Assembly: GCA_035493895.1 (NCBI GenBank)
Contig: DATJHM010000048.1
Coordinates: 725-64,724, forward strand
DNA length: 64,000 bases
Direction of reading: 5' to 3'
From: Ktedonobacteraceae bacterium
GTDB taxonomy: Bacteria > Chloroflexota > Ktedonobacteria > Ktedonobacterales > Ktedonobacteraceae
Shown: in pieces, positions 1 to 7,745 of the stretch
How the letters are laid out: the number at the start of each line of letters is the position of its first letter
How positions within the stretch are numbered: position 1 is the stretch's first letter
Program-made: the position numbers and the translations under genes
Notes under the pieces: model-generated
Database searches by the model: none
What the model saw: only the letters and a program-made list of their open reading frames with translations
What the model was told of the DNA's origin: nothing

Positions 1-1
1 T

Positions 2-256
2 GGCGCTGGCGACAAAGAAGACGGTTCCGGACTTCCGGCGGGCGCGTTCCAATTGCGCAACGACGGCGGCGCGCCTCGCTTCGTTGGCGCAGCTCCGCCT
101 GTCGGCCATGGGAAACATCGCTACTTCGTCGTGGTGCACGCGGTCGATGTTGCGTCTCTCGGTATTGGCAAGGACGCCACACCCGCATTTCTCGGCTTCA
201 ATCTTTTCTTTCACACGCTCGGCCGGGCGACGATCGTTTCCTGGTATGAAAGGTAG
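2..256 (+). CDS. YbhB/YbcL (PEBP, Raf-kinase-inhibitor-like) family protein, C-terminal part; 5' end lies outside the window
   Basis: The frame is open from the window edge. The translation ...GAAPPVGHGKHRYFVVVHAVD... carries the conserved GxHRY core of bacterial PEBP proteins. A strong hairpin follows. Confidence 0.65.
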   Translation, partial: GAGDKEDGSGLPAGAFQLRNDGGAPRFVGAAPPVGHGKHRYFVVVHAVDVASLGIGKDATPAFLGFNLFFHTLGRATIVSWYER

Positions 257-281
257 TCTCTTCTCTCTCATCCTCACATGA

Positions 282-349
282 ACAGGGGCGGAACGGTGAT
301 GCTCAACATCTTGCACTTAGATGTTTGAGCATCACCGTTCCGCCCCTGT
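282..349. terminator. Bidirectional terminator candidate: roughly 30-bp near-perfect inverted repeat between convergent genes
   Basis: The arm ACAGGGGCGGAACGGTGATGCTCAACATCT (282-311) pairs with AGATGTTTGAGCATCACCGTTCCGCCCCTGT (319-349) with one bulge. It lies between the stop codons at 256 (+) and 365 (-). Confidence 0.6.
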
Positions 350-364
350 CGCAAACGCTCTCAA

Positions 365-1975
365 TTAAGAACAGCCAAGCTGCAATAATTGTTCACTGCA
401 ACAATACGTGGAGCTTGGTGCCGCAGGCGTTTGCGCGTTGACATAGTGGTGAGAAAAGATGTCTGCATACATCTTTGCAACCATCGGACCAACGTCGAGC
501 CCTCCATCGCCACCATTCTCTTTCATCGCTACGATGGTCAGATCCGGCAGCTGATTGGGATTGCTTATGGAGTAGGGGGCCTGCGTGATCATCCACGCAT
601 TGGCGGCGGGAGTTCCATTCGTGCTGACCTGACCGGTGCCGGTCTTGCCAATAATTCCCCACGGCGAGTTGTAGAGATCGGGCACAATCGAACCTGAACC
701 ACAGCGCGCTACCCCGTACATCGCCTGACGCACTTCCGTTGCCGTCTGCTGGCTCACAGGCGAGCTGAGCTCCTGAGGCGTGAAGGACTGAACAACGCTG
801 TTGCTTTTATCGGTGATTTTCGAGATCAGTGTTGGTCGCATCAGCCGTCCATTATCGGCGGCGACGTTATTAATCAGGGCCATCTGCAATGGGGTCACGT
901 TATCGTAGCCCTGACCGAAGGCATCCTCCGCCAGCGCATTGTCGGCCAGCGACTGATTATTTTTCAGCACGGTGCTGGTGGCAACAGGCAGATCAAAAGG
1001 AATTTTCTGGCTGAGATACAGACGTTTCGCGTAATTAAGCCAGGTCTGCTGCCCGATATTGACCCCGATCTGGCCATAAATCAGGTTGTCCGAGTGGGTA
1101 TAGCCATATTCGGTCGAAACCGGGAAATGGAATGTATAGCCTTGAATATTATTGCCAATAATTTGCTGACCATCAATGTAGAGGGGACCCATGGCATGCT
1201 GCTGGTCAAATCCCTGGTTCAGCGTCGTTTTGCCACTATTCAGGCCCGCCATCAACGTTACCGTTTTAAAGACTGATCCCGGGATAAAGAGCCCCTGGGT
1301 AGGACGTTCCAGGAGCGGCTGTTCTGTATCATTTGCCTCCTGATTGTAGTAGGCAAGATTATTGACGTTGAGCTGGTTCACAAGCGTATTGGGATTGAAC
1401 GTAGGACGGCTCACCATTGCCAGAATTGCCCCTGTCTGTGGGTCCATGACGATAACCGCCCCACGATCGCTTTGAAAGGTATTGTCATTATCGATCTTTA
1501 CGTAGGTATCGAAATCCTGGTTGACTATTTTCTGAATGCGCTCATCTATGGTCAGATAGAGCGAATCTCCTACTGGTGGCTGATGAAGCGTTTGATTCAC
1601 CAGGTTTTCCAGGCTGCTCGTTCCTACCTGCCCGGTGAGGTAGTTATTATACTGCTGTTCTATGCCTGTTGAACTATATTGGGTGCCAGCATAATACCCG
1701 ATGAGTCCGGCCAGGGATGGATCGGTATAGCGGCGAACATAGCCACATCCTGTCCCCGTATCTGTAGGGACCGATTCTGCCAGCAGCACGCCATTGCGGT
1801 CATAAATCTTCCCGCGCACAGGCACGTTAGCCGGAAGGCAAGAACGAAGATTGTGAATATTACTGGTCACCTGCTGTGCCACTACGACTTGCCAGTAGAC
1901 AAGACCTGCACTGGCGGCAATGAAGAAGGCAACAAATAATATGGCCAGTTTGCGTATATTTGAGGCAATATTCAT
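365..1975 (-). CDS. penicillin-binding protein 2 / FtsI-type peptidoglycan D,D-transpeptidase
   Basis: 536 aa with an N-terminal TM helix and the transpeptidase motifs SVFK (SxxK), SDN (SxN) and KTGTG (KTG). ATG start at 1975. Confidence 0.9.
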   Translation of the reverse strand: MNIASNIRKLAILFVAFFIAASAGLVYWQVVVAQQVTSNIHNLRSCLPANVPVRGKIYDRNGVLLAESVPTDTGTGCGYVRRYTDPSLAGLIGYYAGTQYSSTGIEQQYNNYLTGQVGTSSLENLVNQTLHQPPVGDSLYLTIDERIQKIVNQDFDTYVKIDNDNTFQSDRGAVIVMDPQTGAILAMVSRPTFNPNTLVNQLNVNNLAYYNQEANDTEQPLLERPTQGLFIPGSVFKTVTLMAGLNSGKTTLNQGFDQQHAMGPLYIDGQQIIGNNIQGYTFHFPVSTEYGYTHSDNLIYGQIGVNIGQQTWLNYAKRLYLSQKIPFDLPVATSTVLKNNQSLADNALAEDAFGQGYDNVTPLQMALINNVAADNGRLMRPTLISKITDKSNSVVQSFTPQELSSPVSQQTATEVRQAMYGVARCGSGSIVPDLYNSPWGIIGKTGTGQVSTNGTPAANAWMITQAPYSISNPNQLPDLTIVAMKENGGDGGLDVGPMVAKMYADIFSHHYVNAQTPAAPSSTYCCSEQLLQLGCS

Positions 1976-2249
1976 GTGACTGCTCGATTTCTATTGTCTG
2001 ATGCCAAGAAGAACCTGGAGAGATATTTGAGCTCCTTCTCAGTAGTGTGATCTTTTCTCTTGTAACTATACCATGTCTACTATTATTATTCCAATGGATG
2101 TGACTGGCATTGATCATATCAGGAAATACTACATATAATGTAAAATTATGCAATATTTTAAATATTTTACGCTTTTGGCTCTGGAGCCGCTCAAGCATAA
2201 GAAGCTTCGCCTTACGAATATTGTGCCTGAATTTGAGGCACAATGAGCA

Positions 2250-2300
2250 TTGACAACGAATCGTATCTCAACTATATTACGTGCATCGGATTTATCCGAT
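2250..2300 (+). promoter_or_regulatory. Cassette 1 promoter plus 5' leader hairpin
   Basis: TTGACA (2250-2255), a 17-nt spacer and TATATT (2273-2278). The hairpin ATCGGA-TTTA-TCCGAT (2285-2300) starts 7 nt after the -10. The same layout occurs in 5 copies. Confidence 0.7.
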
Positions 2301-2304
2301 CAGC

Positions 2305-2377
2305 TCAGGCGTAGCTCAGATGGTAGAGTGTCTGCCTGTCACGCAGAAAGTCGCAGGTTCGAATCCTGCCGCCCTGA
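2305..2377 (+). tRNA. tRNA-like module 1 of cassette 1 (Asp-type GUC anticodon arm, non-canonical acceptor)
   Basis: D arm TAGCTCAGATGGTAGAGT, anticodon arm TCTGC-CTGTCAC-GCAGA (identical to bacterial tRNA-Asp) and T arm GCAGG-TTCGAAT-CCTGC. The acceptor strands TCAGGCG / CGCCCTGA pair only with a bulged C, and the helix extends into leader and trailer. Confidence 0.55.
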
Positions 2378-2386
2378 ACTGTCGGT

Positions 2387-2460
2387 GGGGGCGTGGTGCA
2401 GCGTAAGCATTGTACCTCCAACTTGTACAGGACGCCGGGTTGAACTCCTGGCCGCCTCCA
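2387..2460 (+). ncRNA. tRNA-like module 2 of cassette 1 (Ala-type acceptor G3:U70/A73, 9-nt anticodon loop CTCCAACTT)
   Basis: Invariant GGGGGCGTGGTGCAGCG ... CGCCTCCA. T arm GCCGGG-TTGAACT-CCTGGC (6 bp) and anticodon arm TGTAC-CTCCAACTT-GTACA. Confidence 0.55.
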
Positions 2461-2525
2461 CATCCTGTCCTATCCCCTGGTCTGCGTTGAAGCGATTAGT
2501 ATCTGAGAGATAGATAGATATAAGT

Positions 2526-4487
2526 ATGCCCGATGAGATAGTATCACCGGCTCTTTTCACGGAAGCCGCCAACATGGATACGTTCCCGGCGCGGCTCACT
2601 GCTCTGGCGCGTTTTGCTGCCCTCCAACCCCTGATCGCGGCGAACCCGGCAACGCCGCCCACAACCTTAGAGCAGCTCAGTACGTCCACCGATCCTGGCA
2701 TACGGCGCGCAGTGGCTCAGAATCCCAATGCATCCGTACAGACGTTGTGCCGTCTGGCAGGCGAATTTCCCCAGGAATTTTTGCACAATCCCATTATTCC
2801 CCTCCTGAGCATGACCCGGCCTGCCTTTGTCAAAGATCTTCCTCTCCTTTCCTGGGCAAGCCTGCTCAGATTCGAAAATCTCTCTCGCTCGTGGCTGCAA
2901 CAAATCGTGACGGATAAGAGCTATGAGCGCAATCGGTCTCCTATCTTGCGGCTGGTGCAGTTGCATGTGACCCAGGCAGGCAAAAAGCCCGAAGCATGGC
3001 GATTTGAGGCGACGCACGCGTTGCGGGCATATCGACAAATAGGGAAGTTTCAGCAAACGGTGGGATATCAACCAAAAGCTACTCCCCTTGCTTCCATTCA
3101 TCAACAGGCTGAGATAGATATATTTCTCTTGTTGGCTCTGCTGTGCCCTCAATGTGCCCCGATGTTGAAAGAGCAATGGACCAATGTTGTACACACATCG
3201 CCTGATCGTATCGTGGGCGCGCTATCTTCGTCTCTGGCGATAAGCAGTAAAACGCTGTCTTTGCTCTCGTTTGAACGCAATGTGCCCGTACTCTGCCAGG
3301 TAGCTCGTCATCCGCGCACACCCGCGAATGTTCTGGTGCACCTCGCAGGTCGTCGTCTTTCATGGGAAGTGCGGTGCGCCGTCGCCAGCAATCCGCATAC
3401 TCCATTGGAGAATGTCTATCGGCTGCTGTCTGACAGCAAGCGTGTGGTGCGCCGGGCTGCTGTCTCGCATCCCGCTCTCACGCAACAGGACTACGAAATT
3501 CTTGCTCTCGATCAGGAGACCTCAGTACGTGCTGCTCTTGCCAGAGTGCCCCGGATCGGACTCGATTTGTTGAGCCAGCTGGCCCGTGACCCCGCGCCAG
3601 CCGTACGAGCCGCCGTTGCCCGCAATGTGAAAATCAACGTGGAGACTCTTACCACATTAGCACATGATCCCGAGCCAGTAGTGCGCGCTGCGGCCGCCGC
3701 CAACTCGCGTCTTCCGGGCGAGATACAGAGCATGCTGGCTACCGATCCTGAAGTTGCTGTGCGCGCCGGAGTGAGCGGGAATGCACGTTTACCTGAGTCG
3801 TGCTTTGCCGTGCTCGTGCAAGATCCCTCGCCGCTCGTGCGTAAACAGCTCGCCGCCAATTCGCGCCTGCCCGTCCAGCATCTCGAAACACTCTGGCGAA
3901 CGGGCAATGCGGAGGTCTGGCAGGGGGTCGCACGCCATCCTCAGACCGCTCCAGAACTGCTGACACAACTGGCGCAACAGGGCGATGCACGTGTGCGCGC
4001 AGCCGTTGCCGCTCACAGGCAGACGCCGCTCGAAGTGCTCTATGCCCTGGAGCAGGAAAATGTACGCGAGATCTGGCAGGGTCTGGCTATGAACCCGAAC
4101 GCGCCGCTTGACATCCTGGAACGTGCGCTTGCTACACCGTATACCGATCTCTGGTATCGCCTCTTCAACCATCCGACGATGCTGCGCAATCAGCGTCGTC
4201 CCTATCTCACGCTGCTCGCGAGCAAGCTCCAGCAACTTATGGTTGCAAACAGCTTTCCGAACTGGCTGCGAAAAGTCGTATTCCAATATTACACCTCATT
4301 TCCCGCAACCATCATGGAGCCGTTTGCTAGCTCTCCTCACTGGGAAGAGCGCTACCTTGCAGCTCGCCATCCGCAAATAGCAGAATCGCTCCTTGATACA
4401 CTTGCTCACGATGGCATCTGTTATGTCCAGGCCGGTGCACAGGACGCATTGCAACAGCGCAAACTCTCTCATAATCTGAAGCATTGA
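2526..4487 (+). CDS. leucine-rich-repeat-variant (LRV) / HEAT-like repeat protein
   Basis: 653 aa with many roughly 24-aa repeats of the form LAxDPxPxVRxAVAxNxxxP (for example LARDPAPAVRAAVARNV, LAHDPEPVVRAAAAANSRLP, LATDPEVAVRAGVSGNARLP). ATG at 2526. The TGA stop lies inside the next cassette's -35. Confidence 0.8.
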   Translation: MPDEIVSPALFTEAANMDTFPARLTALARFAALQPLIAANPATPPTTLEQLSTSTDPGIRRAVAQNPNASVQTLCRLAGEFPQEFLHNPIIPLLSMTRPAFVKDLPLLSWASLLRFENLSRSWLQQIVTDKSYERNRSPILRLVQLHVTQAGKKPEAWRFEATHALRAYRQIGKFQQTVGYQPKATPLASIHQQAEIDIFLLLALLCPQCAPMLKEQWTNVVHTSPDRIVGALSSSLAISSKTLSLLSFERNVPVLCQVARHPRTPANVLVHLAGRRLSWEVRCAVASNPHTPLENVYRLLSDSKRVVRRAAVSHPALTQQDYEILALDQETSVRAALARVPRIGLDLLSQLARDPAPAVRAAVARNVKINVETLTTLAHDPEPVVRAAAAANSRLPGEIQSMLATDPEVAVRAGVSGNARLPESCFAVLVQDPSPLVRKQLAANSRLPVQHLETLWRTGNAEVWQGVARHPQTAPELLTQLAQQGDARVRAAVAAHRQTPLEVLYALEQENVREIWQGLAMNPNAPLDILERALATPYTDLWYRLFNHPTMLRNQRRPYLTLLASKLQQLMVANSFPNWLRKVVFQYYTSFPATIMEPFASSPHWEERYLAARHPQIAESLLDTLAHDGICYVQAGAQDALQQRKLSHNLKH

Positions 4488-4534
4488 CAGCGAATGTGCT
4501 CTCGATTATAGTAATGCCATCGACTTTGTTCGAT
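4484..4534 (+). promoter_or_regulatory. Cassette 2 promoter plus 5' leader hairpin
   Basis: TTGACA (4484-4489, overlapping the stop codon at 4485-4487), a 17-nt spacer, TATAGT (4507-4512) and the hairpin ATCGA-CTTTGT-TCGAT (4519-4534). Confidence 0.65.
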
Positions 4535-4538
4535 CGGT

Positions 4539-4611
4539 GCGGGTGTAGCTCAGATGGTAGAGCATTGGTTGGCTAAACCGAAGATTGCAGGTTCGAGTCC
4601 TGCCCACTCTG
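4539..4611 (+). ncRNA. tRNA-like module 1 of cassette 2 (GCU in anticodon position, short variable loop, no U33)
   Basis: D arm TAGCTCAGATGGTAGAGC, anticodon arm TTGGT-TGGCTAA-ACCGA and T arm GCAGG-TTCGAGT-CCTGC. The acceptor region pairs only as a bulged extended helix (GGTGCGGGTG with CACTC-T-GCGC). Confidence 0.5.
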
Positions 4612-4620
4612 CGCTGTTGT

Positions 4621-4692
4621 GGGGGCGTGGTGCAGCGGCAGCATCGTGCACGCAAAGCACGGGAGGCCGGGTTCGATCCCCGGTCGCCTCCA
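4621..4692 (+). tRNA. tRNA-like module 2 of cassette 2 (Ala-type acceptor, GCA in anticodon position, 7-nt loop ACGCAAA)
   Basis: This is the only copy with a 5-bp anticodon stem (CGTGC/GCACG) and a 7-nt loop. Position 33 is C, not U. Acceptor GGGGGCG/CGCCTCC plus A73, and T arm GCCGGG-TTCGATC-CCCGGT. Confidence 0.55.
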
Positions 4693-4727
4693 CATTCTTC
4701 CTATTCTCCCCCTTTTTTTGCCCCGTT

Positions 4728-4757
4728 TTGGGATAGAGACGTTCGTTTTGGTATGAT
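4728..4757 (+). promoter_or_regulatory. Possible secondary promoter upstream of the kinase gene
   Basis: TTGGGA (4728-4733), an 18-nt spacer and TGG-TATGAT (extended -10, 4749-4757). Confidence 0.3.
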
Positions 4758-4933
4758 AGAGATGGGTCTCAGAGGGACTTTTTCGTCTCTCGCCCGTATA
4801 TCATAAAGATGACCTATCGTTGGCTCGATAGTGTGCACATTCAACCCCGCAACAATACGTATGCTCTTTCCGTTTGTTCGCTGTTGCTGAAAATGGAAAG
4901 AGGAATGGCAAAAAATCTCTGGAGAGGCTGCAT

Positions 4934-6952
4934 ATGGTTGATTACATAGGACGACAGCTTGGCAATTATCGCCTTACCCGTCTTTTAGGCAAAGGCAGTT
5001 TTGCGCAGGTCTATCTTGGGGAGCATATCTATCTTGGTACTCCGGCGGCGATGAAGGTGCTCAGCACGCAGATGGCGGACGATCTGGATGTGTTTCGCAC
5101 AGAAGCTCGTACTATCGCTCGTCTGATTCATCCCAATATTGTGCGCGTGCTGGAATTTGGCGTGGAAGGCACCATTCCGTTTCTGGTGCTGGACTATGCG
5201 CCCAATGGAACGCTTCGTCAGTACTACCCCAAAGGCGTGCCTCTCCCCTTGCCAACGGTGGTCTCCTATGTGAAACAGATCGCTGAGGCATTAGCGTATG
5301 CCCACGGTGAAAAGTTGATTCACCGGGATGTGAAGCCGGAAAATATCCTCCTGGGAAGAAATAACGAGTTGCTTCTGAGCGACTTTGGGATCGCTCTGAT
5401 GGCGCAGACGATGCACGATCAGAATATGCAGAATGTGGCGGGTACGCTGGCCTATATGGCCCCTGAACAAATCCAGGGCAATCCGCGTCAGGCCAGCGAT
5501 CAGTATTCATTGGGCATCATTGTCTATGAGTGGCTGACTGGCGAACGTCCCTTCAATGGCTCGTTCAACGAGATAATCTCGCAGCAGCTCTCTGTTCTCC
5601 CTCGTCCCTTGCGCGCAAAGGTTCCGACGATTGCCCCGGCCGTTGAACAGGTGGTGTTGATGGCCCTGGAGAAGAATCCTGATCGACGCTTTAACAACAT
5701 CCGCGCATTTGCCTTTGCCCTGGAGCTGGCGAGCCAGCTCAATGCGTCTGCCTCTGACGTCGCCGGTAAGCCTGCCGGAGTTGGCGAGATCTCCCCCTCC
5801 TTCAGCAAGCCCCAGGGCGATGAAAGAGCCGCGATTGCGCCGACGATTCTCCCATCTCCAGCGCCTGTATCGCCAGCAAACAATGCCGCGCCTCCGACGA
5901 TCCTTCCACCCCCTGAACTCCTATCGCCAGCGAAAAGTGAAGGCCCTGTTGTGCGCCCTGTCGCACCCCCGCCATCAGTACCCACGCCGCAAACAAAACC
6001 CGCGGGAACGCTCGTCTCCAGTTATCAGGGACATCCGAACGAAGTATGTTCTTTATCGTGGTTCTCCGGTGGCGTGCGCATTGTGTCGGTAAGCAATGAT
6101 AAAAGTGTGCATGTCTGGGATGCTATGACGGGCAAGCAGTTCCAGATCTACCAGGATATCGCTGATGCCGTGGGTGTCATCGCAGGCTCACCTGATGGCT
6201 CACGTATTGCCACTGCCGGATCTGATGCCCAGGTGCGGATCTGGGATTTTGCCACGAATCGTCTGGTAACCACATATCGTGGTCATGTCGGAAGCACCAT
6301 TAACGCAATCGCCTGGTCGCCAACGCAGCAGCAGCTCGCTTCCGCCGCTGCTGACGGCACCGTACACGTCTGGGATGCGACGACGGGGCAGACGCTCACC
6401 ATCTATCGTGGTCATACCGGCAGCGTCAATATGCTGGCGTGGTCGCCCGATGATCCTTCGTCGGCGCGTATCGTTTCCGGTGGCGACGATGCGTCAGTGC
6501 AGACCTGGAATGCCTCCACTGGCAGAAGTATTGCGCTCCACCGCAGCCAGGGGGCGAAGGTCATGAGTGTCGCATGGTCGCCGGAGGTATATCCCATGTC
6601 TCTCCAGACGAGCTACTCGGCAAGCATGCCCACGAAGGTTCCCAATAGTGCCCGGGTCGCGTGCGGGAGAGCAGACGGAACGGTACAGATGTGGGATACC
6701 ACCACAGATCGCGAAGTATTAAGCTACCGCTACAATGCCCCTCTCTCCGTCGTCGCATGGTCGCCGGATGGGAGGCGTTTCGCCTATGCCAGCGAAAACA
6801 AGACAGTAGAGGTGTGGGACACCATGACGAATCTCAAACTGGTAACCTTCTCCCATGCCGCTCCAACCCGCGTCATGGCCTGGTCCCCCGACGGAAAATA
6901 CATTGCCTCTGGCGGTGGCGATGCAACGATACAAGTCTGGGTTGCCCCATAA
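4934..6952 (+). CDS. Ser/Thr protein kinase with C-terminal WD40 beta-propeller
   Basis: Kinase motifs GKGSFAQV, HRDVKPENILL, DFGIA and APE. A Pro-rich linker is followed by at least 7 WD repeats (VHVWDA, VRIWDF, VQTWNA, VQMWDT, VEVWDT, IQVWV). The ATG at 4934 is preceded by GGAGAGG. The ORF track's TTG at 4874 is less likely. Confidence 0.9.
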   Translation: MVDYIGRQLGNYRLTRLLGKGSFAQVYLGEHIYLGTPAAMKVLSTQMADDLDVFRTEARTIARLIHPNIVRVLEFGVEGTIPFLVLDYAPNGTLRQYYPKGVPLPLPTVVSYVKQIAEALAYAHGEKLIHRDVKPENILLGRNNELLLSDFGIALMAQTMHDQNMQNVAGTLAYMAPEQIQGNPRQASDQYSLGIIVYEWLTGERPFNGSFNEIISQQLSVLPRPLRAKVPTIAPAVEQVVLMALEKNPDRRFNNIRAFAFALELASQLNASASDVAGKPAGVGEISPSFSKPQGDERAAIAPTILPSPAPVSPANNAAPPTILPPPELLSPAKSEGPVVRPVAPPPSVPTPQTKPAGTLVSSYQGHPNEVCSLSWFSGGVRIVSVSNDKSVHVWDAMTGKQFQIYQDIADAVGVIAGSPDGSRIATAGSDAQVRIWDFATNRLVTTYRGHVGSTINAIAWSPTQQQLASAAADGTVHVWDATTGQTLTIYRGHTGSVNMLAWSPDDPSSARIVSGGDDASVQTWNASTGRSIALHRSQGAKVMSVAWSPEVYPMSLQTSYSASMPTKVPNSARVACGRADGTVQMWDTTTDREVLSYRYNAPLSVVAWSPDGRRFAYASENKTVEVWDTMTNLKLVTFSHAAPTRVMAWSPDGKYIASGGGDATIQVWVAP

Positions 6953-6962
6953 GCGCTCATCA

Positions 6963-6996
6963 GTAGGGACGCCATGGAGGCACGGAATGGCGTCCG
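6963..6996. repeat. REP-like element, family a (GTAG head plus hairpin GGACGCCAT...ATGGCGTCC)
   Basis: The 36-mer CAGTAGGGACGCCATGGAGGCACGGAATGGCGTCCG is repeated identically at 27910-27945 and 28686-28721. This copy sits 10 nt after the kinase stop and may double as a terminator. Confidence 0.75.
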
Positions 6997-7079
6997 GGTA
7001 GCCAACGAATTCTCAGGCACCGAAGACGAGAGCAGCAACAAAAAACCAGCCGAATCGCAGCCCAGAAGCCCAATGAGCA

Positions 7080-7130
7080 TTGACAATAAATCTAAACTCA
7101 ACTATATTGCATACATCGGATTCGTTCGAT
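7080..7130 (+). promoter_or_regulatory. Cassette 3 promoter plus 5' leader hairpin
   Basis: TTGACA (7080-7085), a 17-nt spacer, TATATT (7103-7108) and the hairpin ATCGGA-TTCG-TTCGAT (7115-7130). Confidence 0.7.
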
Positions 7131-7134
7131 CGGC

Positions 7135-7208
7135 GCAGGTGTAGCGTAGTGGCCTAACGCAGCTGTATATCCCGCAGGAGATCTCAGGTTCGAATCCTGT
7201 CGCCTGTG
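7135..7208 (+). ncRNA. tRNA-like module 1 of cassette 3 (AUC in anticodon position)
   Basis: Acceptor GCAGGTG/CGCCTGT (two G-U pairs), extended to 11 bp with leader and trailer. D arm GCGT-AGTGGCCTA-ACGC, anticodon loop ATATCCC and T arm (T)CAGG-TTCGAAT-CCTG(T). Confidence 0.5.
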
Positions 7209-7217
7209 TCGCATAGT

Positions 7218-7291
7218 GGGGGCGTGGTGCAGCGTCAACACAGTACATCCAATTGGTACATGACGCCGGGTTCAACTCCCGGTCGCCTCCA
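7218..7291 (+). ncRNA. tRNA-like module 2 of cassette 3 (Ala-type acceptor, 9-nt loop ATCCAATTG)
   Basis: Invariant GGGGGCGTGGTGCAGCG ... CGCCTCCA. Anticodon stem GTAC/GTAC and T arm GCCGGG-TTCAACT-CCCGGT. Confidence 0.55.
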
Positions 7292-7344
7292 CAGTTCATC
7301 CATTGCAAAACTCTCCTCATCGCAGCCCAGAAGCACAACAAGCA

Positions 7345-7395
7345 TTGACAATAAATCTAAACTCAACTATATTGCATACATCGGATTCGTCCGAT
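7345..7395 (+). promoter_or_regulatory. Cassette 4 promoter plus 5' leader hairpin
   Basis: TTGACA (7345-7350), a 17-nt spacer, TATATT (7368-7373) and the hairpin ATCGGA-TTCG-TCCGAT (7380-7395). Confidence 0.7.
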
Positions 7396-7399
7396 CAGC

Positions 7400-7472
7400 A
7401 CAGGAGTAGCGTAGATGGTAGCGCGTCTGCTTTGCACGCAGAAGGTCGCAGGTTCGAGTCCTGTCTCTTCGT
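7400..7472 (+). tRNA. tRNA-like module 1 of cassette 4 (Ala-type UGC anticodon arm, non-canonical acceptor)
   Basis: The anticodon arm TCTGC-TTTGCAC-GCAGA is identical to bacterial tRNA-Ala(UGC). D arm GCGT-AGATGGTA-GCGC and T arm GCAGG-TTCGAGT-CCTGT. The acceptor ACAGGAG / CTCTT-C-GT pairs only with a bulged C and continues 4 more bp. Confidence 0.55.
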
Positions 7473-7481
7473 GCTGTCAGT

Positions 7482-7554
7482 GGGGGCGTGGTGCAGCGTG
7501 AGCATCGTGCAGCCAAAAGCACAGGACATCAGGTTCAACTCCTGGTCGCCTCCA
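7482..7554 (+). ncRNA. tRNA-like module 2 of cassette 4 (Ala-type acceptor, 8-nt loop AGCCAAAA)
   Basis: Invariant GGGGGCGTGGTGCAGCG ... CGCCTCCA. Anticodon stem GTGC/GCAC and T arm ATCAGG-TTCAACT-CCTGGT. Confidence 0.55.
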
Positions 7555-7607
7555 CACTTCATCCACCGCAAAACTCCCCTCGTGCCACCTCAGAAGCGCA
7601 ATGAGCA

Positions 7608-7658
7608 TTGACAACGCTTTTCCCCTCAACTATATTACATGCATCGACTTTGTTCGAT
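7608..7658 (+). promoter_or_regulatory. Cassette 5 promoter plus 5' leader hairpin
   Basis: TTGACA (7608-7613), a 17-nt spacer, TATATT (7631-7636) and the hairpin ATCGA-CTTTGT-TCGAT (7643-7658). Confidence 0.7.
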
Positions 7659-7662
7659 CGGC

Positions 7663-7736
7663 GTGGGAGTAGCTCGGGTGCTAGAGCGCCTCCTTGCCAA
7701 GGAGAGAGGTCGCAGGTTCGAGCCCTGCACACTCAA
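7663..7736 (+). tRNA. tRNA-like module 1 of cassette 5 (Gly-type GCC anticodon arm, degenerate acceptor)
   Basis: The anticodon loop TTGCCAA is identical to bacterial tRNA-Gly(GCC). D arm GCTC-GGGTGCTA-GAGC and T arm GCAGG-TTCGAGC-CCTGC. The 5' GTGGGAG pairs with the trailer only through an internal loop. Confidence 0.5.
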
Positions 7737-7745
7737 CGTCGTCGT

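Noticed and set aside
1860-2243. 127-aa minus-strand ORF in the AT-rich region upstream of the PBP gene.
   Set aside because: It overlaps the PBP gene start and lies in promoter-like AT-rich DNA. Its composition is atypical (Lys/Ile/His/Cys-rich) compared with all confident genes in the window.
2221-2243. Hairpin TTGTGCCT-GAATTTG-AGGCACAA immediately upstream of the cassette 1 promoter.
   Set aside because: It could be a terminator or insulator, but no + strand gene lies upstream of it to terminate, and it is absent from the other four cassettes. I did not call it as a feature.
2250-2701. ORFs 2250-2513 (+) and 2339-2701 (-), and the analogous ORFs 4554-4736, 4585-4806, 7102-7341, 7206-7409, 7303-7611, 7635-7844 and 7639-7920.
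   Set aside because: All overlap the tRNA-like cassettes. Their similarity to each other is explained by the conserved RNA sequence, their composition is Arg/Gly/Ser-rich nonsense, and they have no RBS.
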